A stretch of 64,000 bases of DNA from Elusimicrobiota bacterium (GTDB lineage Bacteria > Elusimicrobiota > Elusimicrobia > F11), in assembly GCA_044221725.1 (NCBI GenBank), contig JBGAON010000002.1:320001-384000 (forward strand), in the 5' to 3' direction. This document shows, in pieces, positions 9,421 through 20,699 of this stretch. The translations under genes and the position numbers were made by a program. The notes below the pieces were generated by a model. It saw nothing but the letters and a program-made list of their open reading frames with translations, ran no database searches and was not told the origin of the DNA. Position 1 is the stretch's first letter. Each line of letters starts with the position of its first letter.

Positions 9421-10495
9421 CTACGCTTTCAAAAAGCCATGGTTGCGCGCGGCAGCGACCGTGGTGGATGGGATTGGTTACAAATTCCGTAAACCAGCCG
9501 AGCGGCTCACGGCGTCACCCAAGCGCGCGCTTGTCGTGCGTTTGGATCAGTTGGGAGACATTGTTCAAGCATTGCCGGTGTTGGAGTCGCTCCGAGCGTC
9601 GCACCCGGCCATCGAAATCGATTTTTTGACGACTCCGGTCGGGGCCGAACTCGTTAGAATTTTTGATCCGAAAATTTCCACGATTGTTTGGAATTGTCCG
9701 TGGTTTGATCGGTCGCGCCGTCCGAATATCGCGGTGAGCGAGCTTCGTCGCACGCTTGCGGCGCGAACCTACGATGTTGTGTTGGAATTGCGCGGTGACG
9801 TTCGCTTGATTCGTTTTCTGAAATCGATTGGCGCCAAAACGGTTGTGGGGTACGGCGCTACCGGCGGCGGTTTTCTCTTGGATGTTGAAGCGCGCTGGGA
9901 AGCGTCGCTACCGGCTATTGATAAGAATCTTCGGCTCGTAGAAGCAATCGGAACTCCGGTGGTTTCTCGGGTGCCGACGTTGCCGCTTAAAATGAGCGCA
10001 GGCCCATCCGCGCGCCCATTCTTTGTGGTGCATCCCGACGCCGGAACCGAAGCGAAACGGTGGCCGCTGGATTCTTTTGTCCAAACGATTGATGCGCTTA
10101 CCGAGGCAGGAAACAATGTGGTCCTCGTCGGATTAAACCAACGTATAGGTGAGGCAGTGACCACCCGTGTGAAACGACCGGTCGAAAATCAGATGGGGAA
10201 AACATCGTTGCCGATGTTGCTTTCGATACTTGCGCAGAGCGAAGGACTTCTCACAAACGATTCGGGGCCCGGCCATTTGGCCGCCGCGCTTGGAAAACCG
10301 GTGTGGGTATTGTGGAGTGGCACCGCGGTATCGTCCGTGTGGGCGCCGCGCGGCCAGCAAATTCATTTGTTTGAATTTCCAGTGGCGTGCGCACCATGCG
10401 CCTTGCCCCGGTGCCCCGTACCCGGACATCCGTGTCTCACGAAAATACGAGCGAGCGACGTTGTTCGGAACATGAATTATGCGCATCGGACTTGA
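9407..10495 (+). CDS. GT9 (heptosyltransferase-like) glycosyltransferase
   Basis: RLDQLGD, KRWP, NDSGPGHLAAALG, CAPC. Confidence 0.9.
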   Translation: MAIGNYAFKKPWLRAAATVVDGIGYKFRKPAERLTASPKRALVVRLDQLGDIVQALPVLESLRASHPAIEIDFLTTPVGAELVRIFDPKISTIVWNCPWFDRSRRPNIAVSELRRTLAARTYDVVLELRGDVRLIRFLKSIGAKTVVGYGATGGGFLLDVEARWEASLPAIDKNLRLVEAIGTPVVSRVPTLPLKMSAGPSARPFFVVHPDAGTEAKRWPLDSFVQTIDALTEAGNNVVLVGLNQRIGEAVTTRVKRPVENQMGKTSLPMLLSILAQSEGLLTNDSGPGHLAAALGKPVWVLWSGTAVSSVWAPRGQQIHLFEFPVACAPCALPRCPVPGHPCLTKIRASDVVRNMNYAHRT

Positions 10496-11564
10496 TGTAA
10501 GAATGATCGGCAATTCCGGGATCGGAACAACGATCCAGGAATTGTTGAATCAATTTTCGCCGGAGCAGAAAAAAGATCTGGTGTTGTTGGGAAATTCGGC
10601 CGAATCACCCGATCGCGCCTGCGTTTATAAACAAGTTCCGTACCCCATTTATGGACTGAAGCAACATTGGGCTTACGGACGTTTGCTGAACAAGGCGCGC
10701 CTCAATCTTTATCACATGCCGCACTACGACGTGCCGTATTCGTATCGCGGTCCGTTGGTCGTCACCGTGCACGACCTCATCCACTATTTGTTCCCGCAGT
10801 ATTCGACAAAACCGTTAACGCGGCTTTACTCAAACATGATGCTCCACCACGTGACGCGCGCGGCGTCCCATATCATCACGGTATCGGAAAACACGAAGCG
10901 CGATTTGTTGAACGCGTTCCCGCGCGCGGCCGAGAAAACGACGGTTCTTTATCCGGCGGTCGATCGAGCGTTCGCACCCGTAAAAGGCGCGGCGTTGCAA
11001 GATGTATTGGTGTATTACCGTTTGCTGCCGGGATATCTGTTGTACATCGGAAACCTTCGCGAAGGAAAAAACACGCGACGGTTGCTGCGTTCCTACGAAC
11101 GTTTGGCCGCGGAGAAAAACGATTTGCCGCCGTTGGTGCTCGCGGGCCGAAACAGCCTTCCGGATCTCAAATTTTCGCCGGACAATCCGCGTATACGGTA
11201 TTTGGGCGAAGTCCCGGCCGAAGATTTGCCGGCGCTATATTCGGGCGCGTCGTTGTTTGTTTTTCCTTCGTTGTACGAAGGATTTGGCTTGCCGCCTCTT
11301 GAAGCAATGGCGTGCGGCACGCCGGTGATCACCTCGAGCGTGGCGTCGTTGCCCGAGGTGTGCGGCGACGCAGCCATGTATGTGGATCCTTTGTCCGAGC
11401 GCGACATAGCCGAGAAGATTTGGAGCTTGTGCGAATCGCTTAAAGCCCGTGAGGTACTGCGCTCAAAAGGATTTGAGCGCGTGAAAAATTTTTCGTGGTC
11501 GCGTTTCGCCGATGGAACGTGGAAGATTTACGAAGACGTGGCACGGGGGAAATATGAACGTTAA
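10479..11564 (+). CDS. GT4 glycosyltransferase
   Basis: [24 protein letters not shown]. Confidence 0.92.
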   Translation: MRIGLDVRMIGNSGIGTTIQELLNQFSPEQKKDLVLLGNSAESPDRACVYKQVPYPIYGLKQHWAYGRLLNKARLNLYHMPHYDVPYSYRGPLVVTVHDLIHYLFPQYSTKPLTRLYSNMMLHHVTRAASHIITVSENTKRDLLNAFPRAAEKTTVLYPAVDRAFAPVKGAALQDVLVYYRLLPGYLLYIGNLREGKNTRRLLRSYERLAAEKNDLPPLVLAGRNSLPDLKFSPDNPRIRYLGEVPAEDLPALYSGASLFVFPSLYEGFGLPPLEAMACGTPVITSSVASLPEVCGDAAMYVDPLSERDIAEKIWSLCESLKAREVLRSKGFERVKNFSWSRFADGTWKIYEDVARGKYER

Positions 11565-12675
11565 GCGGTCGTTGGATTATCTCATCGGAATTCCCGCGGC
11601 GTATGTGTTGTCCTTGTTTTCTTTTAAACGCGCCGCACCGGAGCGCCCGAAGAAAATCCTCATTATCAAGCTGGCCGCCGCGGGCGACACCATTTTGCTT
11701 GGGACGACGTTAAAAAGTTTTCGGGCCGCGCACGTCGACGCCACGATTCATTGGCTCGTTTCGCCGATTAACGTGGCGCTGGCCCGTGCCTATCCGCACG
11801 TGGATGAAATTTTTGTTTGGACCGATGGGTTAAAAGGATTGCCGGCGCTGGTTCGGCGTTTGCGCACGGAAAAATACGACGCGGTGATTGATCTCGAACA
11901 ATGGTCTCGCGGCACAGAGATTCTTAGCTATCTAACAGGAGCGCCGGTTCGCATCGGATTTGATACACCGGGTCAGCACCGAACGCGTCTTTTTACGAAA
12001 ACTTTCCAGAAAAAATTCGACCAGCACGAGATTTATGATTTTTACGGAACCCTGGCTTTGCTTGGCGAGCTGGAACACAACGTCAATCTTGAATTGCCCG
12101 TGACCGGGCTTGGCATAACCCAGCTTCAAGAGCGGTACGGAAAAGTTTTCGAGCACACCGGCTCGCCAAAAGTTTTGATTCATCCGGGGTGTGGCTGGGA
12201 CGGTGTGGCTCGGGAGTGGCCGCTTGAGAATTATGGTGTTCTCGGACACTGGCTCATCAAGAGTTGTGGCGCCGAGTTGTTTCTCTCGGGTGGGAGCGAA
12301 GAGCGCAGCAAGACACAGCGTTTGAAAAAACTTTTAAACGGCGCCGCTGTCGATTTGGCGGGCCAAATCACATGGCCGGGGTTGGTGGCGCTCGTCGATA
12401 ACGTGGATCTCGTCATTTCCGGAAACACCGGTGTCATGCACGTGGCGGCCGCGCGCCAGAAGAAGCAAGTGGCGTTGCACGGACCCACGAATCCGAAATT
12501 ATGGGGGCCGCTCAATCCGAACGCGCGCGTTGTGCAAAGCACGTGCGCGCAGTGCCCGTGCCTAAAACTCGGGTTTGAATACCATTCCAACGACGCGTCG
12601 TGCATGCGAAAGGTCGCTATCGAAGACGTTAAAAACGCGGTTTTGTCGTTAATCGACAACAAAAGAGCGATTTAG
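11554..12675 (+). CDS. GT9 (heptosyltransferase-like) glycosyltransferase
   Basis: IKLAAAGD, REWP, GNTGVMHVAAA, HGPT, CPC. Confidence 0.88.
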   Translation: MNVKRSLDYLIGIPAAYVLSLFSFKRAAPERPKKILIIKLAAAGDTILLGTTLKSFRAAHVDATIHWLVSPINVALARAYPHVDEIFVWTDGLKGLPALVRRLRTEKYDAVIDLEQWSRGTEILSYLTGAPVRIGFDTPGQHRTRLFTKTFQKKFDQHEIYDFYGTLALLGELEHNVNLELPVTGLGITQLQERYGKVFEHTGSPKVLIHPGCGWDGVAREWPLENYGVLGHWLIKSCGAELFLSGGSEERSKTQRLKKLLNGAAVDLAGQITWPGLVALVDNVDLVISGNTGVMHVAAARQKKQVALHGPTNPKLWGPLNPNARVVQSTCAQCPCLKLGFEYHSNDASCMRKVAIEDVKNAVLSLIDNKRAI

Positions 12676-12687
12676 TAGAAGCCCGCT

Positions 12688-14133
12688 ATGCCAAATTTGC
12701 TTCAAAAACCCGTCGAAGAAAAGCGACCGGTCCGATACGACGCTGGAATTGCGAACTGGAAAGAGAGTCGCGAATTGTTCCAGCGTTTTTGCGTGTTGCT
12801 CGGCGACATGGCGAGCGTCACGTGCGCGTACACGCTGGGGTTTGCGTTGCGGTTTTTTTACGACCCTTTCCTTTCTTCATTTCCCGTTACTAAAGGTTTC
12901 CCTGATTTCTCCGATTATTTAAACGCGGGTCCCGTCATTTTGTTTATGTGGGCGCTCTGTATTTCGTGGCAGGGCGGGTATCGGCGGGTTCACGTCGCTG
13001 CCATCGATGACGGAATCCGGTTGCTTCGAGCCGCGTTCTTGGGCACGTTGCTCGCGATGTCATCGATGTTTTTGTACCGCGACGTTTCGTATTCCCGTTT
13101 GGTTTTTGTGCTGGGCGGTGCGTTTGGATTTGGATTCGTTTATTTGTATCGGCAGATTGTAAAGCTCGGTTATTTGTTTTGGGTGCAAAGCAATCGCCGG
13201 CCGAAACGCGTGCTTGTGGTGGGAGACGGCTATCTCGCGGCGTCGCTTAAAAAAATTCTTGATCGGCAGGGCGACCGCGCCATTTTGACGGCACGCGACC
13301 ACGATTTGGAATCTCTTCGGCACACGATTGTGCGCTCGCGAATCAACGAGGTGTTGCTCGCGCACTCCAAGATGTCGCACAAAGAAACCGTTGTGCTCGC
13401 CGGATTTTGCGAAGAACGTCACATTACGTTTCGTCTAATCCCGGATATTCTCGAGATTCGCATGGGCGAAGTAATTATCGACGAATCGCTTGGCGTGCCC
13501 ACGCTGCAAATCAAACCCGTGTCGCTGCAGGGTGTTTCGTTTTTAACGAAGCGTATCATGGACGTCTGCATCGCCAGCATTATCATCGGTGTCTTTTTTG
13601 TACCGCTCCTGGTGATCGCGATCATGATCAAAGCCACGTCGCCGGGCCCGGTTTTTTACAAACACCAGCGAATGGGATTCCGCGGTCGTCCGTTTTGGTT
13701 CATGAAATTCCGCACGATGGTTCAAGAAGCCGATGATTTGTTGGAAGATTTGAAAAAGAAAAACGATCGTGTGGGGCCGGCGTTCAAGATGAAAAATGAT
13801 CCGCGTATCACGCGGTTCGGACTTTTCTTGCGGCGTTTTAGCCTTGATGAAATACCGCAGTTGTTGAACGTGTTGCGCGGTGAGATGAGTCTGGTGGGGC
13901 CGCGTCCCCAAGTTTTGTGGGAGGCGGCCGCCTACGATGAATGGGCCAAGAAGCGCCTGAACGTGTTGCCGGGAATAACGGGTCTTTGGCAGGTGAGCGG
14001 ACGCGCGGAGCTCACGTACGACGAAATGATCGAGCTCGACATTTATTACATTGAGCATTGGTCCGCCGGACTCGATATTAAGATTTTGCTGCGCACGCTT
14101 CCGGCCGTACTTTTCGCAAAGGGCGCTTATTGA
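12688..14133 (+). CDS. Polyprenyl-phosphate glycosylphosphotransferase (WbaP/WcaJ type)
   Basis: N-terminal TMs, then [34 protein letters not shown]. Confidence 0.93.
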   Translation: MPNLLQKPVEEKRPVRYDAGIANWKESRELFQRFCVLLGDMASVTCAYTLGFALRFFYDPFLSSFPVTKGFPDFSDYLNAGPVILFMWALCISWQGGYRRVHVAAIDDGIRLLRAAFLGTLLAMSSMFLYRDVSYSRLVFVLGGAFGFGFVYLYRQIVKLGYLFWVQSNRRPKRVLVVGDGYLAASLKKILDRQGDRAILTARDHDLESLRHTIVRSRINEVLLAHSKMSHKETVVLAGFCEERHITFRLIPDILEIRMGEVIIDESLGVPTLQIKPVSLQGVSFLTKRIMDVCIASIIIGVFFVPLLVIAIMIKATSPGPVFYKHQRMGFRGRPFWFMKFRTMVQEADDLLEDLKKKNDRVGPAFKMKNDPRITRFGLFLRRFSLDEIPQLLNVLRGEMSLVGPRPQVLWEAAAYDEWAKKRLNVLPGITGLWQVSGRAELTYDEMIELDIYYIEHWSAGLDIKILLRTLPAVLFAKGAY

Positions 14134-14134
14134 G

Positions 14135-15052
14135 ATGAAAATTCTCGTCACGGGCGGAGCCGGATTCATCGGTTCCAATCTCGTGGATGCTTACATTGAA
14201 AAAGGCCACGCAGTTTGGGCCATCGATGACGAATCGTCCGGCAAACGCAAGCACGTCAACCCGCGCGCAACGTACGAACGAATTAATGTTTGCGACAAAG
14301 CGAAACTCGCTCGTTTGTTCAAGCGTGTTCGCTTTGATGTTGTGAATCACCACGCGGCTCAAATCGACGTTCGCGATTCGGTCGCCAACCCGGAATTTGA
14401 CGCACAGGTAAATATTCTTGGTCTCCTTAATATTCTGCGCCAATGCCAGGACACAGGCGTGAAAAAGATTATTTTTGCATCCTCGGGCGGAACAATTTAC
14501 GGTGAATGTTCGCGTGGTCCGGCGTCCGAAGCATTCCCCGAAATTCCGCTCGTTCCGTACGGCGTGGCGAAACTGGCCAGCGAAAAATACATTCAATCCA
14601 CGGCGTCTCTTTCAAAACTTACCTATACGGTTTTGCGCTACAGCAATGTCTATGGCCCGCGGCAGGACCCGCACGGCGAAGCCGGCGTGATCGCGATCTT
14701 TGCGCAGAAGCTTCTTAAGAACGAACCGATTTTTGTGTATGGCAACGGTAAACAAGTGCGGGATTTTGTTTTCGTGAAAGACGTCGCGCGGGCAAATCTT
14801 GCCGCGCTATCAAGAGGCAAGAACGAAATCGTGAACGTCGGAACCGGCCGCACGACATCGGTGAACACGCTTTATCAAACTATGGCCTCGATCCTCGGCA
14901 TCAAGCCGCAGGTGATCCGCAAGCCCGCGCGAAAAGGCGAATTGTACCGGAGTGTGCTAAACGCTTCGAAAGCGAAGCGCGCGCTCGGTTGGACGGCCCA
15001 GACATCGCTGCGCGAAGGATTGGAACAAACGCTTCAGTTTTTTCAGCGATGA
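14135..15052 (+). CDS. NAD-dependent sugar epimerase/dehydratase (GalE-like)
   Basis: GGAGFIG, YGVAK, YSNVYGPRQ. Confidence 0.9.
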   Translation: MKILVTGGAGFIGSNLVDAYIEKGHAVWAIDDESSGKRKHVNPRATYERINVCDKAKLARLFKRVRFDVVNHHAAQIDVRDSVANPEFDAQVNILGLLNILRQCQDTGVKKIIFASSGGTIYGECSRGPASEAFPEIPLVPYGVAKLASEKYIQSTASLSKLTYTVLRYSNVYGPRQDPHGEAGVIAIFAQKLLKNEPIFVYGNGKQVRDFVFVKDVARANLAALSRGKNEIVNVGTGRTTSVNTLYQTMASILGIKPQVIRKPARKGELYRSVLNASKAKRALGWTAQTSLREGLEQTLQFFQR

Positions 15053-15816
15053 GAGCCATCCTGCTAATTGGCGGGTTGGGCACGCGTCTTTATCCGTTGA
15101 CCCTTTCCAAACCCAAAGCGCTGCTTCCGGTGTTGGATCGCCCGTTTCTTTCCTATCAACTTGATCTGTTGAAAGCCGGAAATGTTCGCGAGGTGATGTT
15201 GGCGTGCAGCGAGCGCAATCGTGCATGGAAAAAGGATTTCGAAAGACTGGCGCCGCGTGGGTTAAAAATGCGTTTCGCTTTCGAGTCACAGCCTCTTGGC
15301 ACGGGTGGCGCTATCCGATTTGCATTTGATCATTTTCGTTCCCGCAACGATTCGTCGCCGGTGCTCGTGTTTAACGGCGATGTGTTTTTCGATCTGCGCG
15401 TGGAAAAGTTTCTCGCGTTTCACATCAAACGCAACGCCTCTTGCACAATCGCTTTAACTCGTGTAAAGGATCCATCGCGGTTCGGACTGGTGAAGACGTC
15501 GACGTCGGGACGCGTGGAACAGTTTCTCGAAAAGTCAAAACGGAAAACCAGCGTGCGCACGGTGAATGCGGGCGCTTATCTCATGGCGCCAGAGGTGATT
15601 CGGCGGATTCCCACGGGGCGCGCGGTTTCCGTCGAACGAGAAACATTTCCGATGTTGTTAAAGGAGAAAGCGGCCGTCTACGGTTTTCCGATGAAAGGGT
15701 ATTGGAACGACATCGGAACGCATGAAAGCTATTTGCAAGCGCAAACAGACCTTTTGACCACGAAGAATTTCTGGACACAGGACCTGTTATTGCGTAAAAG
15801 AGCCGCTCTGAAATGA
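15049..15816 (+). CDS. NDP-sugar synthase (mannose-1-phosphate guanylyltransferase-like)
   Basis: GGLGTRLYPLT..KPK, PLGTGG, NGD, WNDIG. Confidence 0.88.
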   Translation: MRAILLIGGLGTRLYPLTLSKPKALLPVLDRPFLSYQLDLLKAGNVREVMLACSERNRAWKKDFERLAPRGLKMRFAFESQPLGTGGAIRFAFDHFRSRNDSSPVLVFNGDVFFDLRVEKFLAFHIKRNASCTIALTRVKDPSRFGLVKTSTSGRVEQFLEKSKRKTSVRTVNAGAYLMAPEVIRRIPTGRAVSVERETFPMLLKEKAAVYGFPMKGYWNDIGTHESYLQAQTDLLTTKNFWTQDLLLRKRAALK

Positions 15817-17285
15817 ACGACGAAATTAAGTTTGGAACAGATGGTTGGCGTGGCGTAATCAGCGATGAATTTACATTTCAAAACGTAAAACGCGTTGCTC
15901 AAGCGGCGTGTGATGTAGCACGAAAAACCAGCAAGAGCCGCCTGATTCTCGTGGGGTTCGATCGCCGTTTCTTTTCCGATAAATTTGCAATGACCGCCGC
16001 GAATGTCGCCGTCGGCAACGGTTTCCGCGTTGAGATGTCGAAAGAACCCATTAGCTCACCAACGCTTTCCTTCCAAGTAAAACGAAAAAAAGCCGCTACC
16101 GGCTTTATGATCACGGCGAGTCACAATCCCTATTATTTTAATGGCTTCAAGTTGAAAGGCCCGCACGGCGGGTCGGCTGACGACGTGGTCACGAAAAGTG
16201 TTGAAGACCGGATCGACGCCGGCGAGGTTCAATACGAAGAAGAATCCGCGAAGCGTGTGGATTTTGCATCCGATTACCTGAACTATTTGAAAAAGACCGT
16301 TCGTCTTCCGAATCTTGGCGCGTTGAAAGGCCCGGTTGTTTTTGATGGCATGCACGGCCCCGGCGGAGAGTTGTTTGAGCGCCTCTACCGCGGAAATTCC
16401 AAACTCGTTGTCATCCGAAAAGAAACGGATCCACTTTTTGGCGGCGTGAATCCGGAACCGATCGAAGTTAATCTTGAACTTTTGAAATCCACGGTGCTCC
16501 AGAAGAAAGCGGCCATTGGAATCGCCGTTGATGGCGACGCCGATCGCATTGGGATCGTCGACGAAAAAGGTCGCTACCACTCGCCGCACACGGTCATGCC
16601 GCTTTTGCTTTTGCATCTTCTCGAAAACAAAAAGCTGAAGGGCAAGCTGGTGCAAACGGTATCGATGGGCTATTTGCCTGAGCGTATCGCGAAGCACTAC
16701 AAGATTCCTTTTGAAGTTGTGCCTGTCGGATTCAAACACGTGGCGCGAAAGATGGGACAGGAGAAAGTCCTGTTGGGCGGCGAAGAATCCGGGGGATACG
16801 GCGTTGGTCTTTGGTCGCCGGAGCGCGACGGGCTTTTGTGCGGGATCTTGCTCATCGAACTATTGGCCATGAAAAAGAAGCCGCTGTCGGCGCTGATCGA
16901 TGATATGCAGGTGCGTTTTGGATCATCGAATTTCAAGCGCGTGGATTTTCAGATGCCGACGCCGTTCGATGCGACGGCGTGGTCGGAATACATCAAGACA
17001 ATACTCGGCACAGCGGTGGCGGGATTGCCTATCAAAAACGTGGTGACCATCGACGGGCTCAAGATCGTACTCGAAGATGAGTCGTGGTTTCTCATGCGTC
17101 CGAGCGGAACGGAGCCCCTCATGCGCACGTACGCCGAGGCATCGTCCGAAACACTTTTGCAATCGCTGGTGAACGAAGCGAGTCGTCTCGCTCATACGCA
17201 GCCGCCCAGCGCGAAAAAGCTCGCCGAAGAAGCAAAGAAGCTGAAGAAGAAACAATTAAAGAATCTTAAAAATCTTAAGAAATAG
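15813..17285 (+). CDS. Phosphoglucomutase/phosphomannomutase
   Basis: FGTDGWRG, TASHNP, DGDADR, GEESGG, RPSGTEP. Confidence 0.93.
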   Translation: MNDEIKFGTDGWRGVISDEFTFQNVKRVAQAACDVARKTSKSRLILVGFDRRFFSDKFAMTAANVAVGNGFRVEMSKEPISSPTLSFQVKRKKAATGFMITASHNPYYFNGFKLKGPHGGSADDVVTKSVEDRIDAGEVQYEEESAKRVDFASDYLNYLKKTVRLPNLGALKGPVVFDGMHGPGGELFERLYRGNSKLVVIRKETDPLFGGVNPEPIEVNLELLKSTVLQKKAAIGIAVDGDADRIGIVDEKGRYHSPHTVMPLLLLHLLENKKLKGKLVQTVSMGYLPERIAKHYKIPFEVVPVGFKHVARKMGQEKVLLGGEESGGYGVGLWSPERDGLLCGILLIELLAMKKKPLSALIDDMQVRFGSSNFKRVDFQMPTPFDATAWSEYIKTILGTAVAGLPIKNVVTIDGLKIVLEDESWFLMRPSGTEPLMRTYAEASSETLLQSLVNEASRLAHTQPPSAKKLAEEAKKLKKKQLKNLKNLKK

Positions 17286-17300
17286 GATTGGGAGGAGAGA

Positions 17301-18467
17301 GTGAGAAAGGATCGATTCGTTTTCACGTCGGAATCCGTGACCGAAGGTCACCCGGACAAATTGTGCGATCAGGTATCGGATGCGGTACTTGATGCGGTTC
17401 TAAAAACCGATCCGAAAGGCCGCGTGGCCTGCGAATCTTTTGTGACCGTCGGTCTTATTATCGTGGGCGGCGAAATTACCACGAAAACGTATGTGGACAT
17501 TGGCGAGCTCGTTCGCAACGTGGTTCGCGATATCGGTTACACGGACGCAAAATACGGCTTTAACTTCGAAACCTGCGCCATCGTAAACGCCATTCACCAA
17601 CAATCGCCCGATATTTCGCAGGGTGTGGATCGCGGTGGCGCCGGCGACCAGGGGCTTATGGTTGGTTATGCGTGCGACGAAACGCCCGAGCTCATGCCGA
17701 TGCCAATTCAATTGGCGCACGCGCTCACCAGAAGACTTTCCGAAGTGCGTAAGAAAGGAATCCTTCCGTACCTCGGTCCCGACGGGAAATCGCAAGTGAC
17801 GGTTGAATATCGCGACGGGAAACCCTACCGCATCGACACGGTGGTTCTTTCTTCTCAACACACGACCGAGATTCTCGACAAGTCCGGCCATCAGATCACG
17901 CAAGCAGCGCGCCAGGAAATCATCAACAAAGTGGCGTTGGCCGTGTTGCCGAAAAATCTCTTGGACAAGAAAACGATTTTCCATATCAATCCCACCGGAA
18001 AATTTGTGGTTGGTGGTCCGCAGTCCGACACGGGCATGACGGGTCGCAAAATTATTGTCGATACGTACGGCGGCTGGTGCCCTCACGGTGGCGGCGCGTT
18101 TTCCGGAAAAGATCCGACAAAAGTGGATCGCTCCGCAGCTTACATGGCTCGCTACGTCGCGAAGAATGTCGTGGCCGCGAAATTAGCGAAAGAGTGCACC
18201 GTTCAGTTGGCGTACGCCATCGGTGTGGCGAAACCGGTGTCGGTTCTCATCGATACGCAAGGCACCGGTGTGGTTCCCGATGCGGTCATTAGTCGCGCGG
18301 TTGAAAACGCGTTCGATTTGACGCCGCTTGGCATTATCAAAACATTGGATTTGCGTCGCCCAATTTTCCGAAAGACCGCCGCGTACGGTCACTTCGGTCG
18401 AAACGATTCTGCGTTTAAATGGGAACAAACCAACAAAGTGGCCGAGCTCCGCAAGCTCTGCCTCTAA
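17301..18467 (+). CDS. metK: S-adenosylmethionine synthetase
   Basis: [33 protein letters not shown] before a GTG start. Confidence 0.97.
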   Translation: MRKDRFVFTSESVTEGHPDKLCDQVSDAVLDAVLKTDPKGRVACESFVTVGLIIVGGEITTKTYVDIGELVRNVVRDIGYTDAKYGFNFETCAIVNAIHQQSPDISQGVDRGGAGDQGLMVGYACDETPELMPMPIQLAHALTRRLSEVRKKGILPYLGPDGKSQVTVEYRDGKPYRIDTVVLSSQHTTEILDKSGHQITQAARQEIINKVALAVLPKNLLDKKTIFHINPTGKFVVGGPQSDTGMTGRKIIVDTYGGWCPHGGGAFSGKDPTKVDRSAAYMARYVAKNVVAAKLAKECTVQLAYAIGVAKPVSVLIDTQGTGVVPDAVISRAVENAFDLTPLGIIKTLDLRRPIFRKTAAYGHFGRNDSAFKWEQTNKVAELRKLCL

Positions 18468-18481
18468 TAATAAGGACATCA

Positions 18482-19738
18482 ATGAAATATCACGTCAAGG
18501 ACACGAAGTTAAGTAAGGAAGGGCAGCGCCGCATTGACTGGGCCGAGCGTGAAATGCCGGTTCTTCGTTCTATTCGCGAACGATTCGCGAAGCAAAAGCC
18601 GCTCAAAGGTGTGCGGATTTCTGCCTGTTTGCATGTGACAACCGAGACCGCGAACCTTATGATCACATTAAAAGCGGGCGGCGCAAACGTCACGGTCTGC
18701 GCATCCAATCCGCTCTCCACGCAAGACGATGTTGCCGCGGCGCTCTCGACGATCCATGGAATTCCGACGTTTGCGATTAAGGGCGAAGACAACAAGACCT
18801 ACTATTCGCACCTTGAAGCAGCGATCAAAGCGCGCCCACAAGTGACGATGGACGACGGCGCGGATTTGGTGGGCCTCTTGCATACCAAGCTGCGCAATTA
18901 TTTGGACGGTGTGCAGGGCGGCACCGAGGAAACCACGACGGGCGTCATTCGACTTCGCGCGATGGAACATGACGGGACGCTGCAGTATCCCATCGTTGCG
19001 ATTAACGATGCGGACACGAAGCACATGTTTGACAACCGCTATGGGACCGGCCAATCCACTATTGACGGCATAACGCGCGCCACGAATGTTTTGTTCGCAG
19101 GAAAAACGGTGGTTGTGGTTGGTTACGGATGGTGTGGCCGCGGCGTTGCTAGCCGGGCCAAAGGTTTGGGCGCTCGCACAATCGTGACCGAAATTGATCC
19201 ATTAAAAGGGCTCGAGGCGGTCATGGATGGCTTTGAAGTGATGCCCATGAAAAACGCGGCACGGATCGGCGACGTTTTCGTGACACTGACCGGAAACAAG
19301 CATGTTTTGCGTGGTGAACATTTCCAGGTCATGAAAGACGGGGCGATCATCTGCAATTCGGGCCATTTTAACGTTGAAATCGATATACCAGCATTACGAA
19401 AATTGGCGGTGTCGGTTAAACCGGTCCGGGAATTTGTCGATGAGTACCGTTTGAAAAATAAAAGGAAAATCCACTTGTTAGCCGAGGGAAGACTGATTAA
19501 CCTTTCAGCAGCCGAAGGGCATCCGGCCAGCGTGATGGATATGTCGTTCGCGAACCAGGCGCTTTCGGTTGAGTACATGCTGAACAATCACAGCGGTCTT
19601 GACCGAAAAGTTTACGATGTACCGAAGCCGATTGATCGCGAAGTATCCCGGCTCAAGCTAAAGTCGATGGGAATGAGCCTTGATACTCTTACTCCGGAGC
19701 AGGAGAAGTACCTGAACAGCTGGCAGGAGGGCACCTAA
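18482..19738 (+). CDS. ahcY: Adenosylhomocysteinase
   Basis: [32 protein letters not shown]. Confidence 0.96.
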   Translation: MKYHVKDTKLSKEGQRRIDWAEREMPVLRSIRERFAKQKPLKGVRISACLHVTTETANLMITLKAGGANVTVCASNPLSTQDDVAAALSTIHGIPTFAIKGEDNKTYYSHLEAAIKARPQVTMDDGADLVGLLHTKLRNYLDGVQGGTEETTTGVIRLRAMEHDGTLQYPIVAINDADTKHMFDNRYGTGQSTIDGITRATNVLFAGKTVVVVGYGWCGRGVASRAKGLGARTIVTEIDPLKGLEAVMDGFEVMPMKNAARIGDVFVTLTGNKHVLRGEHFQVMKDGAIICNSGHFNVEIDIPALRKLAVSVKPVREFVDEYRLKNKRKIHLLAEGRLINLSAAEGHPASVMDMSFANQALSVEYMLNNHSGLDRKVYDVPKPIDREVSRLKLKSMGMSLDTLTPEQEKYLNSWQEGT

Positions 19739-19760
19739 CTTGACGTAAGGAGAGCTTCTC

Positions 19761-20684
19761 ATGAGCCAATCTGGAAAAGTTGGTGGAAGTATATGTCTCA
19801 GTTTGTTGGTCGCACTACTTACCTTTACAGGTTGTGAAAATGGGAACCTCTTTGGAAAGATTCACAAATCGGGCAGCGGGAACGATCCCGTTTCGCTCGT
19901 GTCGGACGCAGAAAGTGCTTACCGTGCCGGCGATTATAGCCGCTCCCTCGAACTTTACAATCAAGCGCTTGAACACGATCCGTCCAATGTCGCAGCGCTC
20001 TATGGTGCCGCGGCAGCCGCCACCGCCGGTGCCGGTCTTAACCTCACACTCATTTCGAATGTTTTAAAACAGACGTCCACCGCTTCCTCGGTCCGTGGCA
20101 TGGGCGACTTGGTCGCTCGCGGTCGTGTGGGCGGAGGGGGAACGGTTTCCACAAGAGACATTCTTAGTGGAATCAATACAACCGCTTTAAAAGCCGTTTT
20201 GGACCTCGCCATCTGCCGCTTACAGAAAATCGCGTCCGGCATTACGACCGAGACGGCGCCCAAAAAAGACCTGGACCTCCTTATTAATTATGCGGTGCTT
20301 CGATTGCTGCGGGCGGTGATCACCGCGAAAGACAATGATCTGTTGGTCGTGAACAACGCGAACGGAACCTATTCCATCGCTGCTGGCGCTGTCGTGGCGG
20401 GCGGATGCGTAAGCCTCACGCAGGCCCAAAGCGATGCGCTCGTGAGTATTGCGACCGACCTTGCTTTGACCTACGAAATCCTCGCCACCGCTGTCGCCAA
20501 TTCCTCGGCGAATTCGAGCCTGCTCGCGGATATCCGTGACGATATGGCCACCGTGAACGAACAGTTGCTAACCGCGGGTTCAACAATTCCTCAGGCATGC
20601 ATCAATCCGATTAATGCAGCCGGCATCACGCTGGCGAACTTCACCAGCTACACCGGCGCGTTCGTACCGCCGACCGGCTGTTAA
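19761..20684 (+). CDS. TPR-containing lipoprotein
   Basis: Lipobox FTGC and one TPR-like unit (AYRAGDYSRSLELYNQALEHDP). Confidence 0.75.
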   Translation: MSQSGKVGGSICLSLLVALLTFTGCENGNLFGKIHKSGSGNDPVSLVSDAESAYRAGDYSRSLELYNQALEHDPSNVAALYGAAAAATAGAGLNLTLISNVLKQTSTASSVRGMGDLVARGRVGGGGTVSTRDILSGINTTALKAVLDLAICRLQKIASGITTETAPKKDLDLLINYAVLRLLRAVITAKDNDLLVVNNANGTYSIAAGAVVAGGCVSLTQAQSDALVSIATDLALTYEILATAVANSSANSSLLADIRDDMATVNEQLLTAGSTIPQACINPINAAGITLANFTSYTGAFVPPTGC

Positions 20685-20699
20685 TAAGGAGCCCGTTCC

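Noticed and set aside
17286..17300. SAM riboswitch before metK
   Set aside because: The gap is 15 bp and holds only an RBS.
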